Source: Eledone cirrhosa (taxonomy: Eukaryota). Taken from it: DNA of 64,000 nucleotides. This document shows, in pieces, positions 13,348 through 28,374 of the stretch. The DNA lies in the NCBI GenBank assembly GCA_964016885.1, contig OZ024742.1, positions 303,738,001-303,802,000 of the forward strand. Direction: 5' to 3'. Numbering within the stretch: the first letter of the stretch is position 1; each line of letters starts with the position of its first letter. The translations under genes and the position numbers were made by a program. The notes under the pieces are model-generated. The model saw nothing but the letters and a program-made list of their open reading frames with translations, was not told where the DNA came from and did not search any database.

Positions 13348-13572
13348 CTTCGTGTATGTGTGTGTATGTCTTCGTGTGTGTGTGTCTTAGTGTGTGTGTG
13401 TATGTATGTCTTCGTGTGTGTGTGTGTGTCTTAGTGTGTGTGTGTATGTATGTCTTCGTGTGTGTGTGTGTGTGTATGTCTTCGTGTGTGTGTGTGTGTC
13501 TTAGTGTGTATGTGTGTGTCTGTGCGTCTTAGTGTGTGTGTGTGTGTCTTCGTGTGTGTGTGTGCGTGTGTG
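13060..13572. repeat. (TG)n-based compound repeat punctuated by ATGTCTTCG
   Basis: Recurrent TATGTCTTCGTGTG units with variable (TG)n. Confidence 0.9.
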
Positions 13573-14209
13573 CATGATATCAATTCGTTATTTAATACAG
13601 TTAAAATATTTTTAGCGTTCAAGAGGAGACGGACAGAGATTACACGTTGAAATTTATATTAATAGAAGTGAGTGTGTATGTGTGTGTGTATGTGTGTGTT
13701 TGTGTGTCTCTGTCTGTGTGTGTATCTCTGCCTGTGTGTGTGTATCTGTCTGTTTATGCTAGTGTGTATGTGTTGTGAAACGGAAACTTATGAAAGATTA
13801 AAGATCATCGAATTGAAAGAATGAGCAGACAAATAAGGAAATGTTAAACGGAAGAATTGAAAAAAAAAAAACGAATATAGACAGCCAAGGAGAGACAGCG
13901 ACATAGAAATAGTGAAAGTCCACGTGGAGGAGAGTAAAGGGAGATAAACTTGAAAGAAGGAATGAGAACATGAATGATGAAAGAATAAGGAAATGAATAG
14001 TGTTACATTGAATGAAATAAGAAAAAAAAAATAAACGCAAGAATTTTATAAAGGAATAAAGGCAATGTTGAATGTTGAGGTGAATGAAGGTCTGAAAGAA
14101 AGAATAATAGAAGAAAATAAAGAATAGAAAGATTTATGAAAGTAAAAAGGAAAAGGACGAGTATTCAGAAATAACAGATTTGAATAATGACGGAAATATC
14201 ATGTGCAAA

Positions 14210-14248
<39 letters not shown>

Positions 14249-14269
14249 ATGTATAATAAACAATACCGA

Positions 14270-14464
14270 AAATTGAAAAAGTCAAAGGAATGAAGAGTGC
14301 TCTATGTAAGTTACAGAGCTAAATATGTAATGCATAATAAACAATACAAAATTGAAAAAGTCAAATGAATGAAGTCAGAGGAATGTATTGTTTATTATAC
14401 ATTAAATATTTGGCTCTGTAACTTACATAGAGCACTCTTTATTCCTCTGACATTTTCAATTTTC
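14270..14464. repeat. ~78-bp inverted repeat overlapping a partial tandem duplication
   Basis: 14270-14347 is the reverse complement of 14384-14464. Confidence 0.8.
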
Positions 14465-14852
14465 AACGGAAACTTCAATACTTATATATATATATATATA
14501 TATACACTCATGCACACACACATGCGCGCGCGCACACACACGCAACACACACACACACACACATACACACAGACATATCTATATATATAAAATTAAAAGT
14601 ATGATGATGCATGTATATAAAATAAACACATCAAAGAGTTACAGGGGATAATTTTATATATATATATATATATATAAATAAATACAATATCGGAGAGAGC
14701 TTTTTAGCGATACTCCGGCCAAATTCCAACTGACTCAAACATTAGGAAATAAGTGATTATATTCCTAATTAAGCGTTTGGGGGGCTAACTAAAAGTATTG
14801 CGTGGAAAATTGGCTGTATTATTTCATATGAGACATATCGAATATATCTCTT

Positions 14853-14979
14853 CCCAGACGGACGTCTCGTTTCATTATAGGATTCCTACAATTTGGATGA
14901 AATTATACCAATTTATGTAGGAGCTTGTATACCATCAATAGATATATATTCAAGTGGGCTCCTATAATTCATCAGTGGG
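14853..14979 (-). ncRNA. Type I hammerhead ribozyme with large branched stem II
   Basis: CCCA CTGATGA ATTATAGGA [77 nt] TCCTATAAT GAA ACG AGACGTC CGT C TGGG; all core nucleotides canonical, GUC site. Confidence 0.8.
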
Positions 14980-15317
14980 TGCCCCAATAATATTTATATT
15001 GATAATCTAACCAACATCAGTATTTAGCGATAATCATCATCAGTGCCTGAGGTATCTGTCAGGTTGCTAGTCCAGCACTTCTAAAGAAATGCTCAAGCTG
15101 ATTCAAAAATATATAATCAACTCCGACAGCGGTTTATGCAGATACTTAAGTTTCATTGGGTTATTCTAACAACTCATTCAGTCTACCAACAGTGTTAGAG
15201 TGCTCTTAGGCAGATGTGATAATATATGATATATATATATAAGACAGTCGATTGACTTTCGTCAAATCGGAGCGGGGAAACAATGTTTCCGTTGGTCTTT
15301 CCAATTGTTAATACTCT

Positions 15318-15464
15318 CTATCGGTCGCAACTCCAAGTAAAAGGCGCAATGTGAAATAAAGTGTCTTGCTCTAGGACATAACGCATCGTCCGGTCCACGA
15401 ATCGAACTGATAACCTCACGATTGCGAATCCAATTCTCTTACCACTCAGCCATAACACGCGCCT
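15318..15464 (-). mobile_element. tRNA-derived CORE-like SINE (family B)
   Basis: A box TGGCTGAGTGG, B box GTTCGATTC, then TGTCCTAGAGCAAGACACTT. Confidence 0.7.
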
Positions 15465-15730
15465 ATAACAATTTATAAATTTCTCCTTCTCTCTATATAT
15501 AATGTTTTTGTGTGTACCTGTGTGCGACAGTATGTGTGTCTGTGTATGTGTGCATGTGTATATGAGTGCGTATGTGTGTTCCATTTTCATTTATTTCTGT
15601 CTATTTGCTTCATTTCGACCCCAAAATGTTCCCGTCTAACCTAAACTTCAGGATGTATTTTCTGATACGATATCTTGTAGGATATGTTTTCTATCCACTC
15701 CTCTGCCTCTCTTTCCTTCATCCCATCACA

Positions 15731-15811
<81 letters not shown>

Positions 15812-15843
15812 CACACACTACACACACTACACACACACACACA

Positions 15844-15878
<35 letters not shown>

Positions 15879-16122
15879 CTCTCTCTCTCGCTCTCTCTGT
15901 CCTTCTCTTTCTCTTTTCCCCTTCTACCACCCCCTGCCGCCATAAATGTGAATATGTTTGCATAATTTTATTTCTCTATTCTTTCAATATTTCTATCAAA
16001 TTATCTCGAATTCTCTGTTATTAAAGTTTATATCTGTAAATATATATATTTTTTCCTGAATAATGTGTGCTTTATATATATATACAAAATAATATGTCTT
16101 CCTCAAACGATATATTTTCTTT

Positions 16123-16188
<66 letters not shown>

Positions 16189-16297
16189 ACAAATATATTT
16201 AAATTTAATTATTGATGCTCTGGAAGAGGTCAATTGAACTTTTTTTTATTGAGAAACATAATCATCATACATATATGTGTTATGGTACATTAATATA

Positions 16298-16366
<69 letters not shown>

Positions 16367-16517
16367 TTGAAATATGTATAATGAAATAAATATGGTTTTA
16401 TAAATAGAGTTTCCATTTGTTAATATATTGTATATTTATATATATATATATTTAAGTTGAGACAGTAAACAGAAACATGTGGAAGCGAAGTGGCAGTACA
16501 AATGTTATTATTAGTTC

Positions 16518-16654
16518 GTTCGGATCTAGCTGTCGAAACGGCCGGAGCTCAGCCGTCGGGGTCCTGACTCTTTTCCTATTATCAACTCTAATACCCTAAG
16601 TATTGAGTACTCTGGTGCGTTATGGTCCACCTGGTATCTTCCGACATCTTCTTT

Positions 16655-16657
<3 letters not shown>
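16518..16657 (+). mobile_element. Hairpin-head element family, copy lacking the inverted arm
   Basis: GGATCTAGCTGTCGAAACGGCCGGAGCTCAGCCGTCGGGG...TGGTGCGTTATGGTCCACCTGG shared with copies at 25474, 28373 and 47219. Confidence 0.8.
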
Positions 16658-16718
<61 letters not shown>

Positions 16719-16844
16719 GAGTATTTACGTATCGAGAGAGAGAAACAAAGAGGGATAGGTGATACATGTAGTTGTTTGCCAAATAGCGTATGCAGAAGGT
16801 GCTCAATACTAGTGCCGGAAGTGTTAGATGTTAGAGGTGTTAAT

Positions 16845-17530
16845 ATCTAGTCGCTCGCGGACTACATCACATCATTAAAAGACTTAAACATCAGCTTCTC
16901 CACGCACTGGGATATTGTCGGCAGGGCTGCACCGTACAACTTCAAGAGGAAGTGCGATCTTTGCCTCATGGAGCTCTACTACATTATAACGGCACCCCAC
17001 GAGGTCATCAACAGCAGAGCTGAAACGACGATAAGCTGTACACATCGCTTAAATATATCCTTCTTCGGTGGGATAAGGATGAGGAGTGAAACCGTATACC
17101 GGGTCTCCCTGCAACAAGCTTTAACACCCTGGCGGGCAGGCGCTGCAAAAAACATCCGGAAACTAACCATGCATAACAGACCCAGCTTCAAATGACCCGG
17201 GTGGGCAGGTATAAAAACAAACGTCTCAAAACAAACGTTGCTTACCTGACCCTGTGCGTATCGACAATGATAAGGTTGTAACGGATAAACAATTTGTCCG
17301 GGAAAGACTGCCCTAACACCGGCCAGAGTTACCTCCCTTGACCTACTGCAAAATCAAAACACGCTTTTTGCGAAGAATAACTCTGACGTGAACTTACCTC
17401 CAAAAACACTTTCCGGGCCATGTAAGGAACACTTTTTATTTATTTATGCCCTTGAGAATCCCATCCGGGAGAAACGTACGTAGGTACTGTTTTAAATAAA
17501 CATGTATTAACGGTCTGTTCTCCTATTTCT
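16845..17530 (+). mobile_element. PLE 3' fragment (GIY-YIG C-terminus and 3'UTR)
   Basis: SLADYITSLKDLNISFSTHWDIVGRAAPYNFKRKCDLCLMELYYII...INSRAE...CTHR; hammerhead-like motif downstream. Confidence 0.75.
17447..17486 (+). ncRNA. Hammerhead-like motif with non-canonical 5' core
   Basis: TGCC CTTGAGA A TCCC ATCC GGGA GAAAC GTAC GT A GGTA; palindromic stem III ACGTACGT. Confidence 0.55.
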
Positions 17531-17588
17531 TACTTTTCCATATATATATATATATATATTCATATTTGTTTACACACACACACACATA

Positions 17589-17679
<91 letters not shown>

Positions 17680-17730
17680 ACACACACACACACACACATA
17701 CACACACACATACACACATACACACACACA

Positions 17731-18965
17731 CACTGCTTCAAGACGAGATACAACTCGCACCTCCATTCTTTCAAAAAACACAATCTAGCCAACTCCACTT
17801 CTTCATCTAGCTACATACACCCTCTGAAAACTAGGAATAGACCATATACACTCAATGGGAAGTAGTAGGTAAGGCCACATCGTATATACCACCGAATAAA
17901 TTGTGTAACCTCTGTCTTCTAGAGACCCGTACTATAATCTTTTCGAAACTAGACCTCCTAAATAGAAAATCCGAGATCTTTTCCTCATGCCAGCACCACT
18001 ACCGACACTCGTTCCATAACCTTAAACCTAGCTGCTAGTATATAACAATGTCAGATTTGAATTCCTTACCACCATTAACACTTCACCTCTAGGACTTATC
18101 AGCCCCCACAGCAACACACTCTTTGATCTGCTCTTTCCTCTACACAACTCCTATTTAGCTCTAACCTTATACTCTACAATAACTATTAGAAATAAACATA
18201 TAGTTACCATAATATAACTACTATAGCGTACTTCTATTATATACAGTAATGGATATATAATATGTAGAGACATTTAATGTAATATGTAATAATAAATTAT
18301 ATTTACATTTATAATTAAATATATAAATTAATAGCATTGTATATAAGGGATTAACTTTTAACACAATATAATGTATATTATTACACAAATGATTTAACTA
18401 ATTGGACATTTAAACAGCTATACATTTTACCATAACTTATATCTTGTCCAGTAATGGATAGATAACAATCTAATGGGACCTTTAATGTATCATAGGAAAG
18501 TAGACTGTATTTAAAATTAAGTATAAATATATAACATTATGTAAAAAAGATTCACTTGTATCACAATATAATGTGTATTAGAGCAAAGAATTTAAATATT
18601 TGATACTTTCCTATATAATTTAATTTAATTTAATTAGCTAGTTACCTCCCCTTACGCGTTAGCGTCCCTTAATCTTGGATCTCATACTTCCGGAAATTAA
18701 ACCGTTAGAAAAACTACTTGTTGAACAACTCTAATCCATGAATGGGAAGACAGTAAGACCAATTTAAAATCCATTGCTGTAACTAACTAAAAACATTCAA
18801 TATAAACATTAACTAAAATATAATTTAAAATATGTAATGGAAAAGACAATAACTTTGAGATTCTCTACACACACAAATTTGAACACTATCATCACATTAC
18901 ATCCTCCATAAATTTTTAATACACTAACACATTTTCTTGGTATTTTATGTGATGCCATACAGTAT

Positions 18966-19024
<59 letters not shown>

Positions 19025-19400
19025 CCTTGGCTTGCTTCCTTATCATATATATGACTAACGCATGTGCACTTTCTACACGCTTGCATATGTACTGCTAGTG
19101 TCCTCATTTTTTCTCAATGCCTTTTGTATAATCTGTCGCATGTATTCCACTCTGTGCTTTTAATTTTAATTTTTGTACAATTCTCGTATAACAAATGTCG
19201 CATCCATTACACCCTGTAAATACGAAGCTGTTATTCACAAAATCAATATATATGTATCTATATGATTGTTCAGTTGAATAGGAGGTTAATTATATGTACA
19301 AACATTGATAATGCTCCGATGACTCCAAACGAAAGTTTAGAAGAAACGATTGTCAGCTATTAAATGATTTGAACATAACGTTGATAATTGTGTAATTTTA
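17731..19400 (+). mobile_element. PLE 3' fragment (GIY-YIG C-terminus and long AT-rich 3'UTR)
   Basis: FKTRYNSHLHSFKK...STS.SSYIH.LK then, after a frameshift, WEVVGKATSY..PNKLCNLCLLE; hammerhead motif at the 3' end. Confidence 0.7.
19313..19357 (+). ncRNA. Type I hammerhead motif (U4C)
   Basis: GCT CCGATGA C TCCAAAC GAAA GTTTAGA A GAAAC GATT GT C AGC. Confidence 0.6.
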
Positions 19401-19409
19401 TACATATAT

Positions 19410-19972
19410 GGGGAGGGTCATATTGTTGTAATACTATTGCCAGAAATAATAACAGAACACACTCACTCTTTGGTTGGTTTTCTTTTTCGCTTCTGCATCT
19501 TTTATATCTCCATAGTTAATTCATTCGGCCGTCAAGGCTTATCATTGACTGACCAACGGTTAAAAATACAGATATAAATATGTATATATATATTCTAACA
19601 AAGTTCTTTCGTTGCACATTTTCAACATCATCAGTGGTACTATTATCATGTTTCCTCTTACTGTATTGTATTGTAATGTTTACGCCATTTTTATTTTATC
19701 TATTTATTTATTTATTTATTTTTGTCTCCGTCTCTGCGCATGCGTTTGCGTGTGTGTATAGTGTTTGGTGTGTGTGTTCGCGTTTGTGGGTATGTGTTTT
19801 GGTTTTTGTATTCTCTCTTTGTTTACGAGTGTGTATTTATATTTGTTTGTTGCTATTGTGTTTGTGGATATATTTATTTATTTAATCATTTATATTTCTC
19901 TTAAGTCACTATTGTTTGTTTGGGTATGGCTGTTTTTGTTATTCCATTCATTTTTTCTGTTTAGCTTTGGCT
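19410..19972 (-). mobile_element. Solo 3'UTR copy of the PLE at 7919-10259
   Basis: Colinear similarity to 7990-8483. Confidence 0.85.
19596..19639 (-). ncRNA. Type I hammerhead motif, intact core
   Basis: TACCA CTGATGA T GTTG AAAATGTG CAAC GAAAG AA CT T TGTTA. Confidence 0.65.
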
Positions 19973-20305
19973 ATATATGGGAATGGTTATAATAGCCAAA
20001 CCATATTATTAAGTATCCGCGAAGGTATTATATCGATATAATACCATGCCAAATACATAATATATATATAGACATATACACATTCGTAAAGAAAAAATAT
20101 GTCCCAACGTATCCGTCGTTATTAATTTAAACAGGAGTGCATTGGCGTAGTATAAGGTCATGGTTGGGCATAGTGTGGACATTCAAATGATGCACTTAAT
20201 GAAGTAGAGGGGAATTGTGCGTTTAATGCGTGGTACAGAGGATATGTTTCATTGAAACTGAAGTTTTGGAGTTTCTTCACATAGTAGATATATTCGGGAT
20301 ATTAT

Positions 20306-20410
20306 TCGAGGTTAACTTTGCTTTTCATCCTTACGGGGTCGAAAAATAAAGTACCAGTAATACACTGGGATAATTGCTGGCCTTGTGCCAAAAGTAGAAA
20401 CAATTATTAT
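20306..20410 (+). mobile_element. SINE family A, 3' half
   Basis: GAGGTTAACTTTGCTTTTCATCCTTACGGGGTCGA...GGCCTTGTGCCAAAAGTAGAAACAATTATT. Confidence 0.75.
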
Positions 20411-20944
20411 ATAGAATGGCGTGGCTAATAAAACTATTCCCACATTTTTCAGAAGTATTTTATTTAATGCATAATTCCAGTTTCAAAAAGGTAGTTAGTG
20501 ATCAGGTGAAATTTTACAACTATATTTGAAAGGCCTAGGATATATGTTAGAACATATAATAAATGTTGCATTTGCAAATTCTCTGATGGTTTACTATTTC
20601 ACTCCTTCGTCTCGATGTTATATATCTCTCTATATCTTTTCAGAGTATATTATCCTGGACAAATTTTCTAAAATTATTTATCTGTATAACTTCCTCCTGG
20701 CAAATTCAGCAGTTGTTATGTATCTGCTGGTTTATTACATAATCGCCTCCTTTCTGTTAAGCCCTGTCGTGTTTTGTGAGAGTTGCTTATGTGCTTATCG
20801 CTTATGCATTGTTTGGTTCAGTAGTTGCCCCCTATCTGTCACATGGTATTGTTTCTTACTCGAGTATTCCGTGCGGGTGCAATTCGCATGTAGCAATTAT
20901 GTTCGTACACGTTGATATTCTAGAATCCACATATACGGAAATGC

Positions 20945-20990
<46 letters not shown>

Positions 20991-21228
20991 ATATACACGC
21001 ATGACCACATAAATACACACTCTCTCTACCTCCACATACACACACTTCCTCTCTTTCATACACAAATACACACACACACTCTTTCTCTCTCTCTTTTACT
21101 CTCTCGCTTTCTCAAAAACTCTCCCACACGCACGCAATCTATTTTAACCATATATATATATGTGTGTGTGTGTGCGTGTGTGAGTGCATGCTTATTCCTC
21201 TTTCTCTCTCTCTCTCACTCGCTTTCTG

Positions 21229-21259
<31 letters not shown>

Positions 21260-21499
21260 TTCTGTCTCTCTCTCACTCTCTCTCACTCTCTCTCTCTCTT
21301 CCTCTCTCTGTCTGTCTGTCTCTTTCTCTCATTCATATCCCCTCTTTCACTTTCTATTCCATCTTTTTTTTATTCTCCGCTCTTTTATCACACAGCTTAT
21401 TACGCTCCTTCATTCGTTTCTGACTCATTGAATTCTTCCTCTTCAATGTCTCTCTTTATATCTCTACTTCTTATTCTAACTCTCTGACTTTCTCCCTCT

Positions 21500-22251
<752 letters not shown>

Positions 22252-22667
22252 TCCTTCTATTCCAAATCTTTTCCGAACTATCAATGTTTCGTCCCTTGAT
22301 AATTTCCCATACTTCTCTATCACCCTATCCCACTGTCCAATCTTTATTTATTTATTTTGTTTTGTTTTGGGGTCTTTCGTTGTTGTTCTAGTTTATTTCT
22401 CTATTCTTTTTTTATTCTTATCGGAACGAATTCTTACGTGTGATGTTACCCACCAATTCTCTTTTATCTTTGCTGCCACATTCTACCAGTCACACCAAGG
22501 CTTTCAATCCCTCTCTTTCTAAATCACCCCCTCTATCTCGCTCTTTTAATCTCGCTATTTCTCATTTCTCTATTCCATCCCCTCACACTCTCAATCTCTA
22601 TCTCTCTATCTCTTCTTCTTATTTTCTTAATCTTTCTATCTCTGTACCTAATCATTTCACCCTCTCT

Positions 22668-22735
<68 letters not shown>

Positions 22736-22818
22736 CTTTTTATCACCCCCTCACTTTTATGTATTTAAATATATGTATCGCTCTCTCTCTCTTATCCCTC
22801 TTTCTTTCTTACTCACAC

Positions 22819-22859
<41 letters not shown>

Positions 22860-23832
22860 AACTCAAACAGAATCGCTTAAATACATGAAACACTGAAAAA
22901 CAACACAGACACACTCAAGCACACATAAACGCTAACAAATAAAGAGAAATATCGACAACAACACACACATATACACAGATACATACATTGACACAGCAAC
23001 TGTACTAACACAAATATACACATACACACTTCAACTACCTCAAACCTTTCAACACCTCTTCCTGATCCTCACATCATAGCCTACAGACCCCCCTCCCTGT
23101 ATTCATGTTCATCCTGCAACACCCCTTATCTCCCTACTTCACTAACAACAAACTTAACTGATAGACAGATTATAGATTCCATGGATATTGATGAAAGGCA
23201 AAGATGGATCAGTCATACAGCTATGCTAGAGGGTGGGGGATCTTATATTTATAGAGTATGTACTCATCGATATATACCTGTGATGATAGTAATGGTGTAT
23301 ATACGGATGCATATGTGTGTGTGCATGTATTATGTGTTTATTATCCATGTAGACATGTGTGTATGTATTATGTGTATATTATGTATTAGGCATGTATGTA
23401 TTGTATAACATCATCATCATTGCGACAACATTCGAACATACCTGGCAAATCCTCACCATAATTTCCGATTTTCCATTGTTTCGGGCAACTGCTCTCTGCT
23501 GAGGTTTGTATCTTCCTCGACTGCGTCCTCCTTGAGTTGGTTCTCACAATAGTAGATTGTGTATAAGTTTCTGCTTAATTCTCAAGCAATGCCCTGAAAA
23601 TCGTAACTGCCTTTGAGCAATTGTAGTTGTTATTTTGGGCAAGTTTCCGTATAAACCATCATTTGTAATGCGTTGAGGCATGTTTATGTTTTATACATCG
23701 ATAAGAATGTTAGTGTATGCACCATCTAGTTTCTTTTGTCAGAGGTTATACACCTGTTCCTTACAATCACTCTGACACGACATATGCTCTCAAGCCAGAA
23801 TCAAGACCTCTACAGCAACACTGTAACTTTAA

Positions 23833-23934
<102 letters not shown>

Positions 23935-23960
23935 TGTATGTATGTATGTATGTATGTATG

Positions 23961-23991
<31 letters not shown>

Positions 23992-24963
23992 GTAAATGCA
24001 ACGTGGCCGAATGATTAAGCAATTCGTTTCACATTCATTAGGTCACCACTGCGATCCCACTCCGTGGCACCTTGAATAATTACCATTTACCATATCTTAC
24101 GAATGAAATTGACAATTACGTTATGGATACACGTATTAATGGAATGCTCTGCCACGTTAATTTCCTAATCAGGCTGTTCAATTAATAAAATCACTGGAAC
24201 ATTCGTCGTCGGAAATCTTAGCGGCTTAACTTGAACATTCTAACATAGCGGAGCCCCTGTTACTCTGGATTTCATCATAGTTGATTTCTGACAAAGAAAG
24301 ATGGCGGTGCGGGAGACAGAGAAAGGGAAAGAGACAGCAAAAGAGATGGAGAAAGAGAGTGAAAGATAGATAGATAGATAGATAGAAAGATAGATAGATA
24401 GATAGAGGGAGGGAGCGAGAGTGTAATGGGGGAAGATGAAAGAGAGAGGGAAAGAGACAGCGAAATAGATGGAGAAAGAGAGGGAAAGAAAGATAAGGGA
24501 ATGAGAGATAGAGAGAGTGAGAGAGAATATATGTGGGATGAGTAGAGAGAAAGAGAGAGGGAGACAGAGAATTAAAAGTAAAATTAACCTGAACAGTATT
24601 TAAATTCATAGCTCAGAAACCGGAACGACTTCTGTGAAGGCTTCTATCCAATGTTCCAATAATTCCGCCATTTCTCCGCCTTCGATAGTCATTATTAGTG
24701 TATCTTTCATTTTGAAACTGATATTCCAAGACAATACCAATTGATCGAAACATTCGATCTATTCAGTAATTGTGTTTACTATATATTTGACAAACATAAT
24801 AGAATTCACACTCTTCAAACAAATAAGTAGCAATTTTGTGGTGAAAAGAAAATCAGTGCAAACGCAATACAAATAAACACAGAGACACACAAACACACGC
24901 ACTCCTTCTCTCTCACATACACAAACACAAGCTACACACACACACACACACACACACATACAT

Positions 24964-25045
<82 letters not shown>

Positions 25046-25229
25046 ATAATTTTCTTAGATAGATAGATAAATAGATAGATAGATAGATATATGTGTGTGC
25101 GTGTGTACAAATGTTAAGTGATTCAGTAGATTCGTGGTTTACTGAGGAACGTATCAAAAGCAGCCCTATATACTATAGCAGAGTGTATATATATATATTA
25201 GATGGGATTTTGGTTTTACTTGATTAACA

Positions 25230-25307
25230 AGTCTGATGAGCAGATCGGGGAGGAGTCGGGTCTCTTACATGGATCCTGAGCCACCCATCTGTGAAACAGT
25301 CGTAACT
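25230..25307 (+). ncRNA. Type I hammerhead ribozyme with extended stem II
   Basis: AGT CTGATGA GCAGAT [41 nt] ATCTGT GAAAC AGTC GT A ACT, followed by AATAAA. Confidence 0.72.
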
Positions 25308-25473
25308 GAATATAATCAATAAACCCCTTAATGTGAAACTTCGTTTTGTTCTTAATGTATTCACACACACCCACACACACACACACACACACAGAGAAAT
25401 ACACAAACACACACACACACACACACACACATAAATACACACACACACACGCATATATATATATATATATATA

Positions 25474-25675
25474 TAGGAAAAGAGTCAGTACCCCGACGGC
25501 TAAGTTCCGGCCGTTTCAACAGCTAGATCTGAACAGCTAGTTCGGATCTAACTGAAACGACCGGAGCTCAGCCGTCGGTGTCCTGACTCTTTTCCTATTA
25601 CCCACTCTACTACACTAAGTATTGAGTACTCTGGTGCGTTATGGTCCACCTGGTTTCTTACCACACTTTCTTTCT
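25474..25675 (+). mobile_element. Hairpin-head element (inverted repeat 25474-25597 plus tail) next to (TA)n
   Basis: Imperfect ~55-bp arms; tail shared with the other copies. Confidence 0.85.
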
Positions 25676-25684
25676 TATATATAA

Positions 25685-25719
<35 letters not shown>

Positions 25720-26128
25720 TAGGTAGGTGTGCGTGTGGGTGTGTGGGTGGGTGTGTCTGCGTGGTTGTGTTTGCGTGGTTGTGTGTGAGTGTGTGTGTAT
25801 GTGCGTAGCGACTAAGCTAAAGGAGAGGAGGGTGAAATGGGCGTGCCATGGATAGCATTGCAAATCTGGCAGAAAGTACTACATTTCACAGGTTATTTAT
25901 TTACGAAATGGTCCTACACATTTCAAACTGTACTGACGATACTGCTGCTCCATTTGGCATCACATTGTATAACAAAGTCGTTAAAAGAAGTACTGAAGTA
26001 TCTTACGCAATGAAAACCAAACGAAAAGCAAAATAGAACTTACGCAAAATTACATGGTAAGAACAGAATATGTATATAGATGTTGTTCTTGTTGCCGAAA
26101 TATACATGCATATATATCTATACATATA

Positions 26129-26175
<47 letters not shown>

Positions 26176-26917
26176 GGATTCTTGGTGTCTTTCTTTGCCT
26201 CTCACTCGAATCTTTATTTTTTTAATTTCTTTTATTATATATATATAAGAGTGTATTCAGAAAGAGAGAGTGTGCTATACAATAGCTAAATAGATAGAAG
26301 AATAACGGAAAGCATTTAATAGTCTTGTTCGTTCTACCTGCCTGCAGGAAAAAAGTAACCAAACTTCCTCAGATCCCACGACTACACTCGTAGACGGTAA
26401 GGGACACATTGAATAATTTGTTTCTTGATGTACTCTGCCTTACAAGACGAAATAATAGCGGCTGCTCTTCAAAATCAATCAGGTTTTATATAGGGCGAAG
26501 CAAAATCTGAAGAAAACTCTCTCAATATCTCAGTATATAGTCATACCCACACTTACTCCTTACAGCCCCCAACACACATTCCCCTTCAAACAGCTACTCT
26601 CTGTCTCTCTTACACATACGCACACACTTTTACCCACACATTCACGTTCAAACAGTGTATTACAGACACACAGATACTCACAATCAAACAATCAATTTCT
26701 GACACACAGACATACACAATCCTGCACACACTCATACACACAAGTGCATTCACACAATGATTCATAACAAGATACACACACCATATTAAAACTCTACCTT
26801 AAATTATCACAGACTTAACATTACAGCATGACACATTTTTTATTTTAGAAATTACTTAATGTTTATGAAATTTAAGAGTGAATAAAATCAAATCTGAACA
26901 ATATAGATGGCAGTGTA

Positions 26918-27238
<321 letters not shown>

Positions 27239-27347
27239 GGGAATATTTTTAAACCTGACGAAATTCATCGCCTCTCCAGCTCTGAATACAACAGATTTCT
27301 TCCAGAGAAGGATAAAGAATGAGACTCAAAGTTATAAAGAGATATAG

Positions 27348-27480
27348 ACTGGTATTTTGTTATCGACCTCGAACGGATGAAAGGCAAAGTTGACTTCAAT
27401 GGGATTTGAACAGATAGAGCAGAGAGCCGGAACGAATACCGTAAATTATTCTATCCGACGTTCTAACGACTCTGCCAGAT
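27348..27480 (-). mobile_element. SINE family A
   Basis: ACTGGTA...TATCGACC..GGATGAAAGGCAAAGTTGAC...GGGATTTGAAC...CTGCCA. Confidence 0.7.
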
Positions 27481-27800
27481 TGTATGCGTATATATATACA
27501 TATCTTTATATTTATACACACACATGCACACAGATATCTAGACATACTCACACTTACGTACACACACCAAGGACATATATAGACATAAGGAGGATAAGAT
27601 ATTTTATTCTATTACAATTATCCCGTTTATGTATATATATATATTTGTTTTTTATAATTATTTTGTTATTTTATTTATTTATTTCATATATACTATAATA
27701 TATAGTGTATTTATCTTCTTCTGTCACTTTACTCCTACTCCTTAGCTCTTTCTATAATTGATTCTCTCCTTTCAATATCATTTTCTCCCAATACCATCTC

Positions 27801-27871
<71 letters not shown>

Positions 27872-28327
27872 TGTAACACACTCAGTGTGTCTGACAATCT
27901 TTCTGTCGTTTGCGCCATTGTTTCTCCCCCCTCTCTCCTCATATATACCTACCTATCAATCTGTATATATGTATGTGTATATGTATGTATGTATGTATAC
28001 ATACATATATATCCCCCCCCCCTCTCTCTCTCCACATATATACCTACCTATCAATCTGTATATACCTATGTGTATATGTATGTATGTATACATACATACA
28101 CGCTTACATACATATATACATACATACATGCATGCATACATACATGCATACATACATATGTATATACATACATACATATATACATACATATATACAGATA
28201 TACATTCCTCAATATGCAATACATATCTTTCTTCTTAATTTCTACCTCTTAATTCCATCATTTTTCTCTGTTCTCTCAAATTATTAACTCGCTCACTCCA
28301 TCTCCCACTGAACTCTCTCTCTCTGTC

Positions 28328-28372
<45 letters not shown>

Positions 28373-28374
<2 letters not shown>

